From NCBI GenBank assembly GCA_003971905.1, contig RSEE01000011.1:124001-188000 (forward strand): DNA of 64,000 bases, given 5' to 3'. Within the stretch, counting starts at the first letter, position 1. Each line of letters starts with the position of its first letter. Under the pieces are notes generated by a model. It saw only the letters and a list, made by a program, of their open reading frames with translations, made no database searches and was not told the DNA's origin. This document shows, one piece after another, positions 39,377-53,100 of the stretch. The position numbers and the translations under genes were made by a program. This stretch comes from Moniliella sp. 'wahieum'. Lineage: Eukaryota.

Positions 39377-42300
39377 AGGGGCGCCGGACTGGCTCTGTGT
39401 TTTAATCACCCATTCCACCTTCTTTTTTGGGGGTGATGATCGACGAAACAGCGCCCCCAGGCCTCAATTTGAGGTGGTACGGTCAAATCTCGCTCCGCAA
39501 ATCTCAGCTCGATCCTTGTACGGCCCCTGGGGATGAAGCGACCACAGCCGCATCCCCTTTACGCGAACTGCATGCCCTCCCCCCACCACTTCCCCGCCAC
39601 CATCTTTCTGTTGAGCCAGTACTGCCACTCTACAATGCCCCCCTCCCGCACCACCAGGACGTCCCAGGCATCGCGGACCAACAACGCTGCTCGCCGGCCG
39701 AGGGACACACGACTTCTTATCAACCCTGAGCCGGAGCCCGTGGTGGAGACTGCTTTCGAAGGTGACGAACCGTCCCCTGAAGAACCATCTGGTGGCACCA
39801 GTGGGGTCAACAGCGATTCCGACGGCGATTCCGACGGCGACTCCGACGGCGCAGAGGGAAGAAAGGAGTACGAACCGAGAGTTACGTTGTTGTCCCTCTT
39901 CCCCCCTGATTCCCGTGTTTGTTCGTGAAATGATTATGCGGGGTCAATCGAACCAGCACACGACGACGACGAACAACGATGAAGATGCGCTGGATCTTGA
40001 CGCTGACACCTTTAACCCCCGCACAATGGACGCTGACGAAGAGAGTTTCGTTAATCAGGACGAATTTGCTGGCTTTCCCCCTCTTATCGCATCGGTGGTC
40101 AAGGTGAGGCTGGCTGGGGCATTGGTGGCGCAGGTGGTGCCAGTGGCGGCTTTCAGCGAGGAAAGTCTATGCGAGATCAAGACTCTTCGGGTGCTCTTTT
40201 TGTCAAACAATGCGAAGCAGGAATCGCTGGCCAGCAGCTTTCCCATGTCCAACCCACCCCAGTATTTCGATCGCTTGCTGGAGCACAAAAGGTCAGGACC
40301 ATCAGCTCTCGCTGCGCACCCCAGGATTACCTTGTACTGTACTGACATTTTCTCTTTGTATGAAGGGATCGCCACCGACGGAAATGGTACAAAGGGGCGT
40401 GGGATGGGTTTGTCTGCACCGCGAGAGCAGGATCGGCTAACAACAAGGATTTAAGTTCTGGTTTTCGTCGGCAACAGGCTTGTTCCCTCGAGGTTTCGAA
40501 GAGGTCAATTTTGACCCGGGACACCTGGCCCATATGCGACAAAAAGTTTGTCCAAGTTCTGTTGACGGTTCCTAAAGCCGACTTGGTCGACCATGCGTCG
40601 TCGCATTTTCGATTTATTGGCGGTACGTTTCTATGCTTACACTGGTTATTACTTGCCCCTAACCTAACCCATTGCTGTGGAGGAGAAGGTGGCCACACGA
40701 AAGATGGTGGATGTGTGGTCCTGGCTGCTGAAGGGGCATCAGGTTTGAAGCAACGTTTAAGGCCGCGATGGCGAAAGTTGATGTGGCCGCAGGTCAGAAT
40801 GGACACGCTAACCCACCCAAAAGATACCTAAAAAATGCATTTGATCGAACGAAAAAACCCACTTGGAACACTTGGAATAGGAACCATTTGTCGCGGCCCC
40901 TATAACGTGGGAATAGAGAGTGGTGTGGATTTTTAGGATTCAATCAGAAACGAATTTCGCAGGTATACCCCTAGCGCAAATGCACAAGGTTAAGCTAAGC
41001 ATCTATTATAGAGAGAATGGAAAAATGGCGCTCACGCTACCGTGATCATACGTGGCTTTAACGCTACGTGTGCGGGAACTCGGGTTTATCCTAGAAAAAC
41101 CCCGCAGCCGTGATGTCCGGGAATAATGTTGCTTTCTTGGGCGCCATGAGCTACGGGAATACTCATGTGTGACTACTATCTATAAGCGTTTCTTCTCCTT
41201 GTGCCTCCCTGTTTCTAAACGTAGTGGTGGTGAAAGCAGCCCCGTTTTTTTCGCTTTTTTCGCCTGCTTAATTCGTCTGCTTGGCACGCGCAATCGAATG
41301 GATGCCGGCTAGCGACTGGACCCAACATCGTGTGGCGCCACACTGATGTAGTGGCGCCTGTAGCTCAAGCCCGGAACCTTCGGGTTCATTCCTTCCAATA
41401 TTCCATCCTGGAGGGCAGGAATATTCTCTACCAACACGTTCAACACTGTGCGCCGTCGCACACTCGCCAAGGCGCTCCATGCCTACGCCCCCCACCTCCT
41501 CACCTTGGGCCGGTGGATCTATGGTTCCCCCACCCAGCTTTGGGTTGCGTCGGGCGGAAATGAGACCAGCGTCCTGTCGGCAGAGGGCGTGCGGCAGGGC
41601 GACCCCCTCGCCCCCTTTTTCTTCTCCATCGCAGTGCGGCCCACGCTAGAGAAGTTGAGCATTGCTCTGCCGCCGGGGCACACTGGTGATGGCATACCTG
41701 GACGACATTACCATTTTCGGTCCAGAGCCAGGCATTACCGGCCAAGCTGCGGAGATTTTGGAAGACGACGCGTCAGGCCTCAAGCTCAACCTGCGCAAGT
41801 GCGTCGAGCGGGACCGGGACCAGATCCGGGAGGATGGTCTGCAGGTTCTGGGCACTTGTGTGGGAGGGGTAGACTGTCGTCGATCGTGGCTCCGGCCCAA
41901 CTGGCCAGTCTGAGGGAGAACATGCCTAAGTTTGATGGCATCACCCGCCAGGGACGCCTCTTACTATGGCGGCTCAGCACTCAGACCAAGCTGCGCCACC
42001 TGCTCCGCACCATGCAGATGGAAGGAGAGCTAGACGAAGTGCTGGCCGAGATCGATGCCTTCATCTGTACGGAGTTCAGACGGATCCGGGGCGACGAGGA
42101 TCCCCAAGGTGCCAAGGACGACCACTTCGACATGCTCATGAGCCTGCCTCTCCGGCTAGGAGGATGCGGCAGCCTGCTTTACTCGTATATCGCGCCCTAC
42201 GCCCGTGCCGCGGCCAACGAGGTCAACGACTATCTTATTACCACTTATGTTGACCGTTCGGGACCGCAAACGGCAGAGGCCAACGCATTTACGAAGCAAC

Positions 42301-43230
42301 GCCAGCGCTGCCGCGAGATGTGGGAGAAAAGTCGACAGGAGCTGCTCCAGAAGCTGGACGCTGCCGATGGTCGTCACGTGGTTGAGCACAGCAACCCGCT
42401 GAGCCACAACTGGCTCTCCGCCATTCCGTCCGTCCCGTACCTCAGGCTCTCCGACCAGCAGGTCCAGGTTGGTCTCCAGCTCCGCACGCTGTGCCGCACC
42501 ACGCGCAGCATGTGCAAGTGCGGTGTCATGTCCTCGCTGGAGCACATCATGTATTGCACTCGCTCCCAGGCCAAGTTTGGAGCGTTGCATGACGCAGTGC
42601 GGGAGCCCATTCTCCAGCTCCTACGCTCCATTCCCGACACCCATGTCCACAACGAACCAATGGTGGAGGACGAGGATGGCCGGAGACAGAGGACACAGCG
42701 ACTGACTACCGCGTGATGGGACCCGGAGCACTCGGAGGATCGGGAATGGAGGTCGACCACACGCTGCGCGACACGAGATCACTGGCAGCGCAGAGCGCGT
42801 TCCGGAGGGTGGTGCATGCGAGCACCGCAACCCCTTGGAACGCGGGGAGAAGGAGCTGCTTCGGATGCTTGAACAAGCAGAATGCGAGAAGAACGCAAGT
42901 ACCAGGGACGCACTCAAGAGACGTTTTTCCCCCTGGCTTGACGACGCGAGGATACTACGGCACCAAGACGGCGAGCAAGTTGTTTGCGCATTGGAAGGAG
43001 TTGGCTACTAAGTCTCAGTGGAAATGGTTCCTCGCTCGGAGTCAACCACGTTCCTCCGTGTCCATACGCGCTTCCTAGGGTACGGGACGGATGGCATGAG
43101 CCGGAGGGTCCTGATATCCTGGCGATCCCCCTGGTTCCTTGACCCTGGGGCGCCCCTAAGTAACCCCCGCAAGATGAACGGTTAGGTTTAGACGTAGCGT
43201 TCCCCCTGTCCCAGCCTTCTTAAGTCTGCC
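39234..43230 (+). mobile_element. Non-LTR retrotransposon with RT and C-terminal restriction-like endonuclease (CRE clade, Cnl1/MoTeR-like)
   Basis: RT motifs FNTV, EGVRQGDPLAPFFFSIAVRP, VMAYLDDITI, GLQVLGTCVG; LPLRLGGCG; zinc motif CKCG...LEHIMYC...HDAVR; RLE-like NEP...RTDYRV...EVD...ECEKN.KY...FFP...TTRGYYG. Probable ORF start at 39635; boundaries approximate. Confidence 0.88.
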
Positions 43231-43992
43231 AATGAAATGGACGTTCTCTAGCCTCTCTGTAGCTCATGTGCAATGTAATTGTCACCGAATGACTAAGCTC
43301 GCTCCAATTTCCAATTCCGCATCTGTGTCTCTCGCTTCCCTTCCCTTTTGCTTCTGTTCTCTGCCTGATGCCTTCTGTTTCCTCCCACGAACGATCTTGC
43401 CTTTCCCCCGCCTCTGACAGGACCTTGGTCTCCCTCGTCAGTAATACACCATCAACTGCTGCTCTCTGGTCTTCAATACATCATGCATCATTCGTGCACG
43501 TGCACGTGGGCGTGGTTGGGCGTGCCAGCGGTGTCACTCCCATGGGAGTCACTGAAATGGAGGGGGCACGTGTTCCTAGCAGTGTTCTTTGCCCGTGCTG
43601 AGACGCCGAGGTCTGGACCGTGCTACGTACGTTTACCTGGATTTTCCTCTGGGGTAAAACCGACGGCAATCTCAATAGTCAACGTCAACGTTCCAGTTAA
43701 TATCGGACACCGGCGTCCGCTCGGTGGGCGAGAGTCCACCCTTCGGCTCGTTCTACCTCCGCGGCGCGACTATGGCTGCCAATACAGACGCACACGTACA
43801 CACACTTATACACCTCGTACCCATTCGTGCATAGCGGCACAAGTGCCGCCTGGAGGCGCTGATCAAGCTGAGCCGCGCTGATTAGCGTTTAAACGTTTAA
43901 CGTTCAACACGGTATATATACGAGGAGGACCACGGGCCTACGGCCCGGTCGGCTGGGGCTTCGCCCCAGCTTGGTGCTGTGTCGCCACCTTA

Positions 43993-44058
43993 GCCACCGT
44001 TCCACCGGCCACCGTTCCACCGGCCACCGTTCCACGCTGGAACCCTTCCACGCTGGAA
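43993..44058. repeat. 15-bp tandem repeat (about 3 copies) followed by two TTCCA-CGC-TGGAA inverted motifs
   Basis: GCCACCGTTCCACCG nearly three times (43993-44035), then TTCCACGCTGGAA at 44030 and 44046. Confidence 0.85.
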
Positions 44059-44859
44059 AGACGAAATAATATCCCCGATTGTTGCTGGTGGCTGGGACGG
44101 GTGGCTGCGCCACCGGTGGCTTACGCGATGCTGACCTAAACTGTGACAGTTTTGGCACCAACTTTTTTTGGAGGAATCTTAATACCTAGAGATGTGTCGA
44201 AATCATCACCAAGATGAGAGAGCATGAGTGCCATCATGATATGCGTATGAGATACGTGACCCGCGTAGCGCTGCGTGACAGAGTCAGCACAGCTCTTCTG
44301 ACATCAACATAAAGGAGGCGTGAATTGCGATCTATTTTTTGTGAGGGGAGGGTGCTTCAGCTGCGGGCGATGCTTGAGAGGTTGAAGGTGGATGCTCGAT
44401 GTTGGTTTGAACGTGGATGGGGATGCTGAGAGGGTGTCATCTTTGTGGTGTTGTTGAGAGCAGCGCTGACGCAGCCTCTTTCATGGCAAGGGCGCAGCCG
44501 GGTGGGTGGCCTGGGTAGGTGAGCGCGCATGCTGAGCCCTGTTGTCCCAGCCCGTTCCCAACGGGCCATGGCGGCGATGCATGATGTGGGTGCATGAGGC
44601 TGATAGCGCACGCAGCCTCTCGTGGGCGCTGCCACACCCTCGATGTGCGTCCCGCTCGCCAACATGCACAACACCAGCCTACACCACGGGCTGCAGGCAG
44701 GGCCGTGCCTGCCCACGCCGAGTAGGCACGGCACGAGTGTGGCGTTATCTACCCCGGCCATCCCCATCGCATATCGGGCAGGATGGCAGCGCACCAGGCC
44801 AGTGTCGTGTGCTGCATGTGCGCAGTCCGGAGTAGGACGGCGGATGGGCAGGAGCCCAC

Positions 44860-44867
44860 TATTTAAA
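44860..44867 (+). promoter_or_regulatory. Putative TATA box of URC1/urg1
   Basis: TATTTAAA isolated in GC-rich DNA, followed by a pyrimidine-rich leader, about 110 bp before the first ATG. Confidence 0.55.
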
Positions 44868-44971
44868 CCCGTCGCTGGGCCGGCTGCCTCGGCTGCTGTA
44901 TCCCTTCCCTCCGTGCCTCGCCGCCCCCGAGCAGTTCCTCCCCCTCCCCCGCCCGCGCTCCCCCAACTCAC

Positions 44972-46735
44972 ATGCTCTCCGCCCAAGCTGGCAAGATGAC
45001 CGAACAGCCTACAAGCGAGGCGGCTCTCTTGCCACTGATCTACAATGAACTCCAGGAGCTCAAGCGCAAGAACGCTCAGCTGGAGGCCAAGCTCGACTCG
45101 CTCTCTGTGTCCAACGACACAATCTCTCCCAGTGCCCTCCCCGTCGGCAGTCCCTCGTCTTCCCTCCGCCGTCAGTCGGCAGGTGGACTGACTCCGATTG
45201 ACCTGTCCAAGCCCATCAAGGTGCCTGGGGGTGCCACGGCTGCGCTTTCCTCTTCCGTTTCCGCCACCTCGTCGTCGCCCGTCACCTCAAAGATCGTTCC
45301 CAAAGATGGCACGGGCTTGCACGTCAGCCAGAAGACCCTTGACCGCATTCAGGAAGTGGAAGACTTTTACGCCAACAACCGTGTCATTCTCACCACCTAC
45401 CCCAACCAGGTACGTGTCAATCCTTTGCTCCATGTGCCGTAATGCCCTGATTCTTCTAACGAATACCGTCTTTCTACGTTGCACCCTTCACAGATGGGAA
45501 TTGACCCCTACCCGCTGAACTTTGGACATCCAGACCCCAAGGTGCGTGGCCCGATTGTTGCCAGCCGGCACCCCAAGTGCATCAAGCGGCGCAACGCGAT
45601 CGGTGCCTACTCGGGCTCGTACATGGTCTACAAGGCCCTCGCCGTCGCAACAGGTCAATTGGCTGTGAACCACATGCCTGACTTTACCAACACCGAGCCG
45701 GCCTTTGACATCCTTCCCCAGCCTGCGTGGGGCGATCCTTACAAGATCTGCACTCTGGACCCCTATGGTCACATCCCCAGGTGTTGTTCAAGGAACAGAT
45801 CAAGGCTGGTTGGACGTGCGCCCCACGATGGCGGCGACCAAGGCGTTCATCAAGATGCGAGAATGGACGATGCAGTTCAATTGGGACGGTTGGCTGTCGA
45901 CGGTGAATTTGTCATCAAGTCGGAACACTTACCTGGGATGGATCCGAGTCAAGACCCGGGGGTCGAGGGTGGCCTCATCCAAGGTCGCGGTTGAGCCCGT
46001 CTGGTTCCTTCCTGGTGTGGCCCAACGCCTGGGCATCTCGGAAGGCCTTCTTCGCCGGGCATTGTTTGAAGAGACGGGAGGGATGTACCCCGAGCTCATG
46101 ACCCGCAACGACCTTCAGGTCTTCCTTCCTCCTATCACTGGCGCCACCATTTACATCTTTGGTAACCCGGACTATCTATCCGACCCTACCAAGGAGCTGA
46201 CGGCCCGTGTGCATGACGAATGCAACTCATCGGACGTCCATGGTTCATCCATTTGCACCTGTCGCCCTACATGATCTACGGAATTGAAGAAGCAATTCGC
46301 TGCGCCCAACGAGGAGGGGTGGGGCTTCTTGTCTACCTGCGCAAAGAGGGCGTGCGCTGGGTGAGACCATCAAGTTTATGGTGTACAACGCTCGCAAGCG
46401 TGGCAAGGACACTGCCGATGCCTACTTTATGCGTACGGAGCGGGTTGCTGGACTGGAAGACTCGCGCTTCCAGCCGCTCATGTCGGACATTCTCGTCTGG
46501 CTTGGCATCCAAAAGATTGACAACATGATTTCCATGTCGGACATGAAGGCTGCCGCGATCCGTGCGGCTGGGATTGAGATTATCAACCGTACGAGATTCC
46601 GGACAACCTTTGCCTCCCGACGCCCAGGTAGAGATCTCGGCCAAGATTCATGCCGGATACTACTCTTCCAAGAAGGTGAGCGATAAGGATCTGAGCCAGG
46701 TCGTTGGCCAGAACTGGGAGGACCTACACCAGTAA
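44972..46735 (+). CDS. URC1: GTP cyclohydrolase II-like uracil catabolism protein (Urc1/Urg1)
   Basis: VILTTYPNQ, DPKVRGPIVASR, RNAIGAYSGSYMVYKALAVA, PDFTNTEP, AVEPVWFLPGVAQR, LRRALFEETGGMYPEL, RVHDECNSSDVHGSSICTCRP, MVYNARKRG. Intron at 45410-45493. Confidence 0.92.
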
Positions 46736-48282
46736 ACGTTCCTTTGGACTATTTTTCCCCTGATCCTCAGTGGCTCTAGCGGGATCGGCGGTGCCTTCTT
46801 CATGACTTGTACCCGTACACTACTACCGATCACATACCGCCTTATTCATTTGTTCACACAAATGCACTACAAAACATATGGCATCCCATCTTATGGCTGA
46901 TAGTTAAGTTTGGCGTCTTCCGGGGGTCAACCACATATGATCGCACTTCCGTAGGTTCTACACTTTAGCCGTGACTTGTCTCTGCTTCTAAGGAGGAAGG
47001 TGAGCTTGGTGCACGCTCTGGGAACAGGGGTCTCCTCTTTCTCGGATATGGAGATCCACTGATGGTAGCAGATAACACAGACTCATGGCGTCTTCGCTCC
47101 CACTTCCACATCCCATCTATGTGGTTCGTGCCACTTTTCTGGGCGTGTGCTATGTGCATAGTATAGCACCTGTGTTTTATCTGCGCGAAGTCAAGGGATG
47201 CTAGGATACGCCCCCATTTGCTCCATCTTCTCAACCTCATATCTGGTTTATGTACGTGCATCAGCGCACATGTGAGCTGCAGAGGAAAAGAATAGATAGA
47301 GTGGCAGTCGACGCCTAGGAGGTTAAAGTAGATCGGGGGGCGGGCGCGGTACTTCTGATGCTCAACACCAACGCTGCCTCAGCAAGCAAGGGAGTGCCAT
47401 GACCGCGGCCAGCAGCAGGTGCAATGGGACGTGTGAACTTGTGAATGTTGTTGGTCAGAAGGGGTAGAGAGAGTTCTGCAAAGGTGGCCATGCAATGCTT
47501 GACTCTATTGACCTTTTCGCCTTCCGGAGTGGCTGCTGACATCCGCATCAGCAGGCAGCCATTGTACATTTGCAACATTTCATGCAACTGATCGGTTCAA
47601 GTTGAAAAGTGCGCTGAAAAATGCGAACTTCCTCCACCAGTGGCGCGTGGCCGTAGAGCTAGCTCCGGATCTGGCCAGCCCCGCTATCGACTATCCCCAA
47701 CACCTCCCACCCACCAGATCGATCATCCAATGTGGAAGAAGAATTGGCATGCTCTTGCGAGTGCTCCCATGACAACGTCTTTGCAGCGCAGGACTCGGAA
47801 CGCCAGAAACTGAGCTCAATACCTCTCAGCCAGCCTTCAGTCCTCCCTCCTATGCAGCGTCCAGACAATGGCAAGATGGGCCGGCAGTGCGCTGCCCCCA
47901 GCGTCCAATGATGGCCAGACCGGCGTAAGGTACCTACGCTCTGAGCTGAGGCGCTGACATAACATGCAACACATCGTAGGATCGTTTACCGGTACCATTT
48001 ATAGTGCGGGGTCCGTGCGTGCCTGTGCCCGCTCGCACGGAGGCAGTCTCCTCCATTCAAACCACTGTTCTGATTCAGCCGTTCTCAGGCCACCTCTTAA
48101 AGTCACCTGCTCTGCCCCCAAAGCCATCTGCCATTTGCTGAGAACACCAACGCCCGACTGGAAAGGTACACAACAAGCGCATCTCATAGCCTCAACCTCG
48201 TTTCTTCCCACCTGCGTCCATTCTTCGCCATCCACCACACCACACTACCACTACCACTAATGTTGTCGGTACTACCTCCAAA

Positions 48283-49313
48283 ATGGCAACTGCGTCCCTA
48301 CCAACGCCCACCTCAATGTTCCCGGCCTACCCGACCGGCGCAAAGGTGGGCTTCATTGGCCTCGGCAACATGGGTTCCGCCATGGCTATCAACCTAGCCT
48401 TGGCTCTCCCCCACCTTAACCCACCCATTTCCTCTAGTCGTTTTCAACCGCACCGATAGCAAGGCTGAAGCTGTCCGTGCCCAGGTCCAAGCCAGGCGGG
48501 CAAGTCACGATCGCATCGTCCGTTGCGGAAGTAGTGCAGCAGTGTACATCATCATTCACTTCTCTTCGGACGATACAGTCGTTTTGGCCATGTTTGATAA
48601 CTGTGCCATGCGGATGACGAGCTGAGAAAGCAATCTGCTCACCCTGGTGAAGGCCTTCACACGATCTACGTTGATCTTTCACTGTTTCCCTGAAACCACG
48701 GGGGCAATCGAACGTCAAGTCAGTCCCAGCCGCGGAGAACTTGTCGCTGCTCCTCCCTGGGTCCCCCCCCTGCAGCCAGATCGAAGCAGCTTGTCTTTGC
48801 CACCGCGGGTGCAGCCCGGTCGAAGCAGGCCATTCGTTCCTCCTCGTGCCTGGCATGGGCGTCAGGTGATCGATCTGGGGGAAACCACGAGTCGGAGAGC
48901 ACGTCAAGTTGACGACAACTCGTTCTGTTGTGGATTGAGTTGTTGGGCGAGACGATGACGTTGGCCGACAAGACCGAGTGGGTGCGGCCAAGTTTGTCGA
49001 GTTCCTTCAGACGCTTACTCCCAATTCCCCGAGATTGTCCTACGCTGACAAGATCCTCCACTCCAACTTTACTGGCCCCGACGGCTTCTCCCTCCAGGAC
49101 GGGATCAGCGATACTGCCCATATCCGCAACTTGGCCATGTCGGTGGACTGCCCTGTGACAGTGGTCGATGCGGCCAACGCCCACATGATTTCTGCTCGCG
49201 CCAATGCCCCGGTCGGGGCCACGTTGGACTGGTCTTCTCTTGTTGCCGGGCAGAGACTGATGGCGGGTCTTGATCCCTGGAAGGGCAAACGTCCGGGCCT
49301 GGAGCGCGATTGA
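48283..49313 (+). CDS. Beta-hydroxyacid dehydrogenase (6PGDH NAD-binding / 3-hydroxyisobutyrate dehydrogenase family)
   Basis: Rossmann motif KVGFIGLGNMGSAMAINL, LTTTRSVVD/IELLGETMTLADKT region, YADKILHSNFTGPDGFSLQDGISD, LDWSSLVAGQRLMAGLDP. Confidence 0.8.
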
Positions 49314-50155
49314 ACATTCAAGCAGAGTGTTCTCTGTTTTGATTGGTGTAAGCGCGTTTTCACCTTTCTGCCTCTCTGTGCCAACTTTCCTGAATGTGGG
49401 TTGAAGTTGAGCCGATGAGTTCTTGTCAACGTTACCATTCTATAACACTTCTATAAAAGCATCTGCTGTAATACACTGGAAGATGAAGTCGGCAGTTACA
49501 GGACTGGGGTTGTGGTATCGTAAGGACAGTTTCCCACAAGCACAATGGTGGGCGTTAGGCAACTTGTGCGATTGCTAGCTCTTGTGTTGGCAAGACAGAA
49601 CGGGAAGATACGGTGTGCGCACATTCGTATCGCGTCAACATCCGATGAAGAACAGACGGCGTTGCGTCACTATATATGTCTGCTTTCCCTTGTGTGGAAA
49701 ATGTGGCTCGCCCACGACTAGCAAGGAAAAAGCAAGGAGTGACCTGGAAGAGATTGGTATTTGTGGTGAATGCCATATCGGGGTGGCAGTGGTGTTATTT
49801 GATGAAAAACACTGTGGTCGCGCGTCGGAGAAGGGAACCACCCGGCATCCTGTCCCCATTCTCGATGCTTGACATTCCCATCTTTTGTTCTCAACGCTCT
49901 CTCTCCGTTGCTGCCTGTTTCTGCTTTGCAGGCACTACGAAATGAGCATAACGTCTTCGAGGGTATTGGACGAGAGGACCTGTGAGGAAACCAGCATTAG
50001 GAGCGAGTGAATTGATGGTGAGGAGGGTGGTGCGTGCTGGGACGCAGGCGCTGAGTGAAATATTAATTGCCACTGGGCACGGTGCGCGATCGGTGCAATA
50101 CCTGCCAGCGGAAAGGCAGTTGGGAACCTAGCCTCAATTTTTTTGCCGCTTGCCG

Positions 50156-53100
50156 ATGCCCACCCGCGGCTACCTCCACCTACCCACCTCCTCCAGCGCA
50201 GCCTTACCGATGGCCAGAGGTCGAAAGAGCGGCGGCCTCCAGTCCGAAACGGCCCATCCTTCCCCATCCGAACCCCCACTGCTCCCTCAACCCCAGCCGT
50301 TTCCGCTGTCCCATGGGACCGCCATAATCTCTCCGGCTTCGGCCCCCCAAGACAACGCGGGACACAAGTCGCACAAGAAGCGGTCGTCGAAGCAGGAGAA
50401 GCATCTACAGGAGCCTACGGATCCATCCTCCCACTCTTTCAAGACCGATCACCAAATCCAGAAAGAAAAAAGGGTCTAGCAACGGACAAAAAGGAGGGAA
50501 AAGCTCGGACCAACCCAGCCCAGCCAAGAGCAGGAGGAAGAGCAAGGAGGAAAAGAAATCGTCGTCATCTTCCAAGGTTCCAGGACATGCTTCCATCCAT
50601 CCCTCTAAACACCTGGGCAGATCTCTCTCGCGGCGCCGGGTGTGGAGTCATGATGGCACGCTATTGCTCTTCCCTCGCTCGTCGGGAGTCCGCATTGTTG
50701 TTCGCCTACCAACCGTTCCGCTGGGGGTTGTTGTGCCCATCACTACAGGAACAGTTATTGATGTTGCTCTCATCCAAGCAACACGGCCCGTCTCCTGCTT
50801 TGACCTCCACATTACCTTGCTCGAGTATGATTACTTGGACCCGCAATTGTTGCGCTCATCCAATGTCCTTTCTGGGTCCCAGAAGGCTTCGGTTGTCTCC
50901 CTCATTCCCGCCTTGGTCTCCAAGGATGACGGGGAGGAGACACCGTATCCTTTGTCGCATGTCGGACGGCCGTATTTTCGCAGTCGACATGAGTGTTACG
51001 AGGACGTGGGTCGTACCCAGTGACGGAAGTTATCCACCTTTCTGACACGATCAAGACTCTGCGCATTTGTCTGATAACCAAGTCCTTGTCGCCGCAGGAT
51101 TACAAGGACTCTATTTGGCCAAGGGGGGAGGCCCTGGCTTCGACACAGCACAGCGTGCCTCGGACCGGGTCAAGGTCCCTACAAAGTACCCCACCACGGC
51201 TCTTGGCGGTACCCCGGTCACGGACACATTGGCAACCGGGACACGAATGGTGTGATCCGTCTTGGCCTGGTCTATTGGCGTCCAGTGGCTTGGACCGCTT
51301 GATTCAGCAAAGCTAAGCAAGGACGGAATGGCGTGGCTCAGGTCAGCACCTACGTTGCTAGCACCGCAATGCACTGGCACCCCCACCCTGTTAGGGCCCT
51401 GGCTTTTGCCCGACGAGACGCGGTTGTCTTTCCGGGGGTGATGAGTCAACGTTGGTTGTATGGCAGATTGGAGTGTCCGCCGGTGGGGGCAATGAAACCA
51501 AGAAGGAATTTGCCCCTCGTCTGCCTGCGTTCATCACGGACATCGTACCCGTCCGCCTGCCCCCATCTTGAGTGCGGGTCCGATTGGGACGGCTGCAAAG
51601 AGCCGACGGGCACCTAATCAGACCGAATCGCTGGGCCTGTACGCGGTGACTGTTCGGATGGGTCGACGGCTGTGCTTAATGCGTCGACGCTGCGTGGACC
51701 AAATTATGCCCCTGAGGGTGCTCGGGCTGTCGATCCAGCTTTGGCCGGGAATCAACCGACAGCCTCCTTGGGCGTGCCACTCGCCGTATCGGGGAACTTG
51801 GCCCTCCTTCCTGGCCCTCGGCCGGCCAGTATCCAAATCGTCGACCCCAGTTTGGACCAACACCTCCTCACCCTCGAAACTGCTCCCGACAACCGTGTGG
51901 GCGCTAAGGACGATGTCATGCCCGAACCCGTGCGGCCCAGAGTTGCTGCTCTCTCTCTACCTTCCCCTGCAGCGTTGAACTCAAGCTCTTCGGTGTGGAC
52001 TAAGGCCTCATTGCCCCCTTGGCTGGCGACAGTCGAGTCGCGTCTGGCGGCGATCCAGTCGGATGGGACCTTGGTTGAGAAGGAGCAAGCTTTGGTCTTT
52101 TGGCATGCGCGTACCGCGACTCCGGGGTACACGCTCGCTTCGCGGATCGAACGTCCCCACCAGGGCACAGTTACAGCCGCTGCATTCGCCCCTCCCCCTA
52201 ACGCCCCTGCCATCGACCCGTACCCTCGTCTTGCGACGGCCTCTACCGATGGTTCAGTCCGACTGTGGTGTTTAGCCTCCCGTCCATCGGCAAGGGGGGG
52301 AGTACGTTCTTGGCGTCTCGGAGCGGCGCTGACTTCCGCAATGCTCAGCCCACATCAATGGAATGGGATGCCAGTGGAGAAATGCTGGCGGTGGGGTGGT
52401 CCTACGACCCGAAACTACCCTCTACGTCGGGAGCTCAACGGTGGGGCGCAGTAACGTTGATTGATGCATCACCCCAGGCGCTGACCTCGGGCTCGGCCGG
52501 CATCCTTCGCACCTTCCCGCTGGGAACGATGGGGCTGCAGTCGGTCAGTCATTTGGCATGGACTTCATCCACCTCCGTGGTACGCACCTTGGTAGTCACC
52601 AGTCCTTCGGCGGTGGGTGTGCTGGACGTGTTGGAGGGTGCGTGTGTCGCCTATGCTTCGGTGGAAGGGAGTGAAAACAGCAAAAGCGGATTACCGACTT
52701 GCTTCCCCCGTCGGGCCCGACCTCGTCCTCCTTGGTTGGCCGGATCGTCGTTGGTTATGAGGGCAGCGGGAAGAGTACGATGGAGCTGATCTCTCTTTCG
52801 CTTCCGTCCAAGCCCAAATCGGTCACGCCGCTCAAGATGGCACGGGTGGGATTGTTACCAAGTTTGCGGAAGGTGCTCTCCCTGGCGGTGCCCGCCCAGT
52901 CTCTGGAGGCAGGCCACCACAGTCACACTGTCCTTCTGGGTCTGTCGTCCAATTGGGACGTGTTTGCGTTTGGCACGAAACCACTCCCTCCCGCCTCGCG
53001 TGTGTTGCATCAGTCTTTAGGGGGAGAACAGCCGTCGCTGTGGGCACAGTTGGTGGGGCCGCCCCCGACGCGGCCGTCATTACCTCGCTCACGACCCCCT

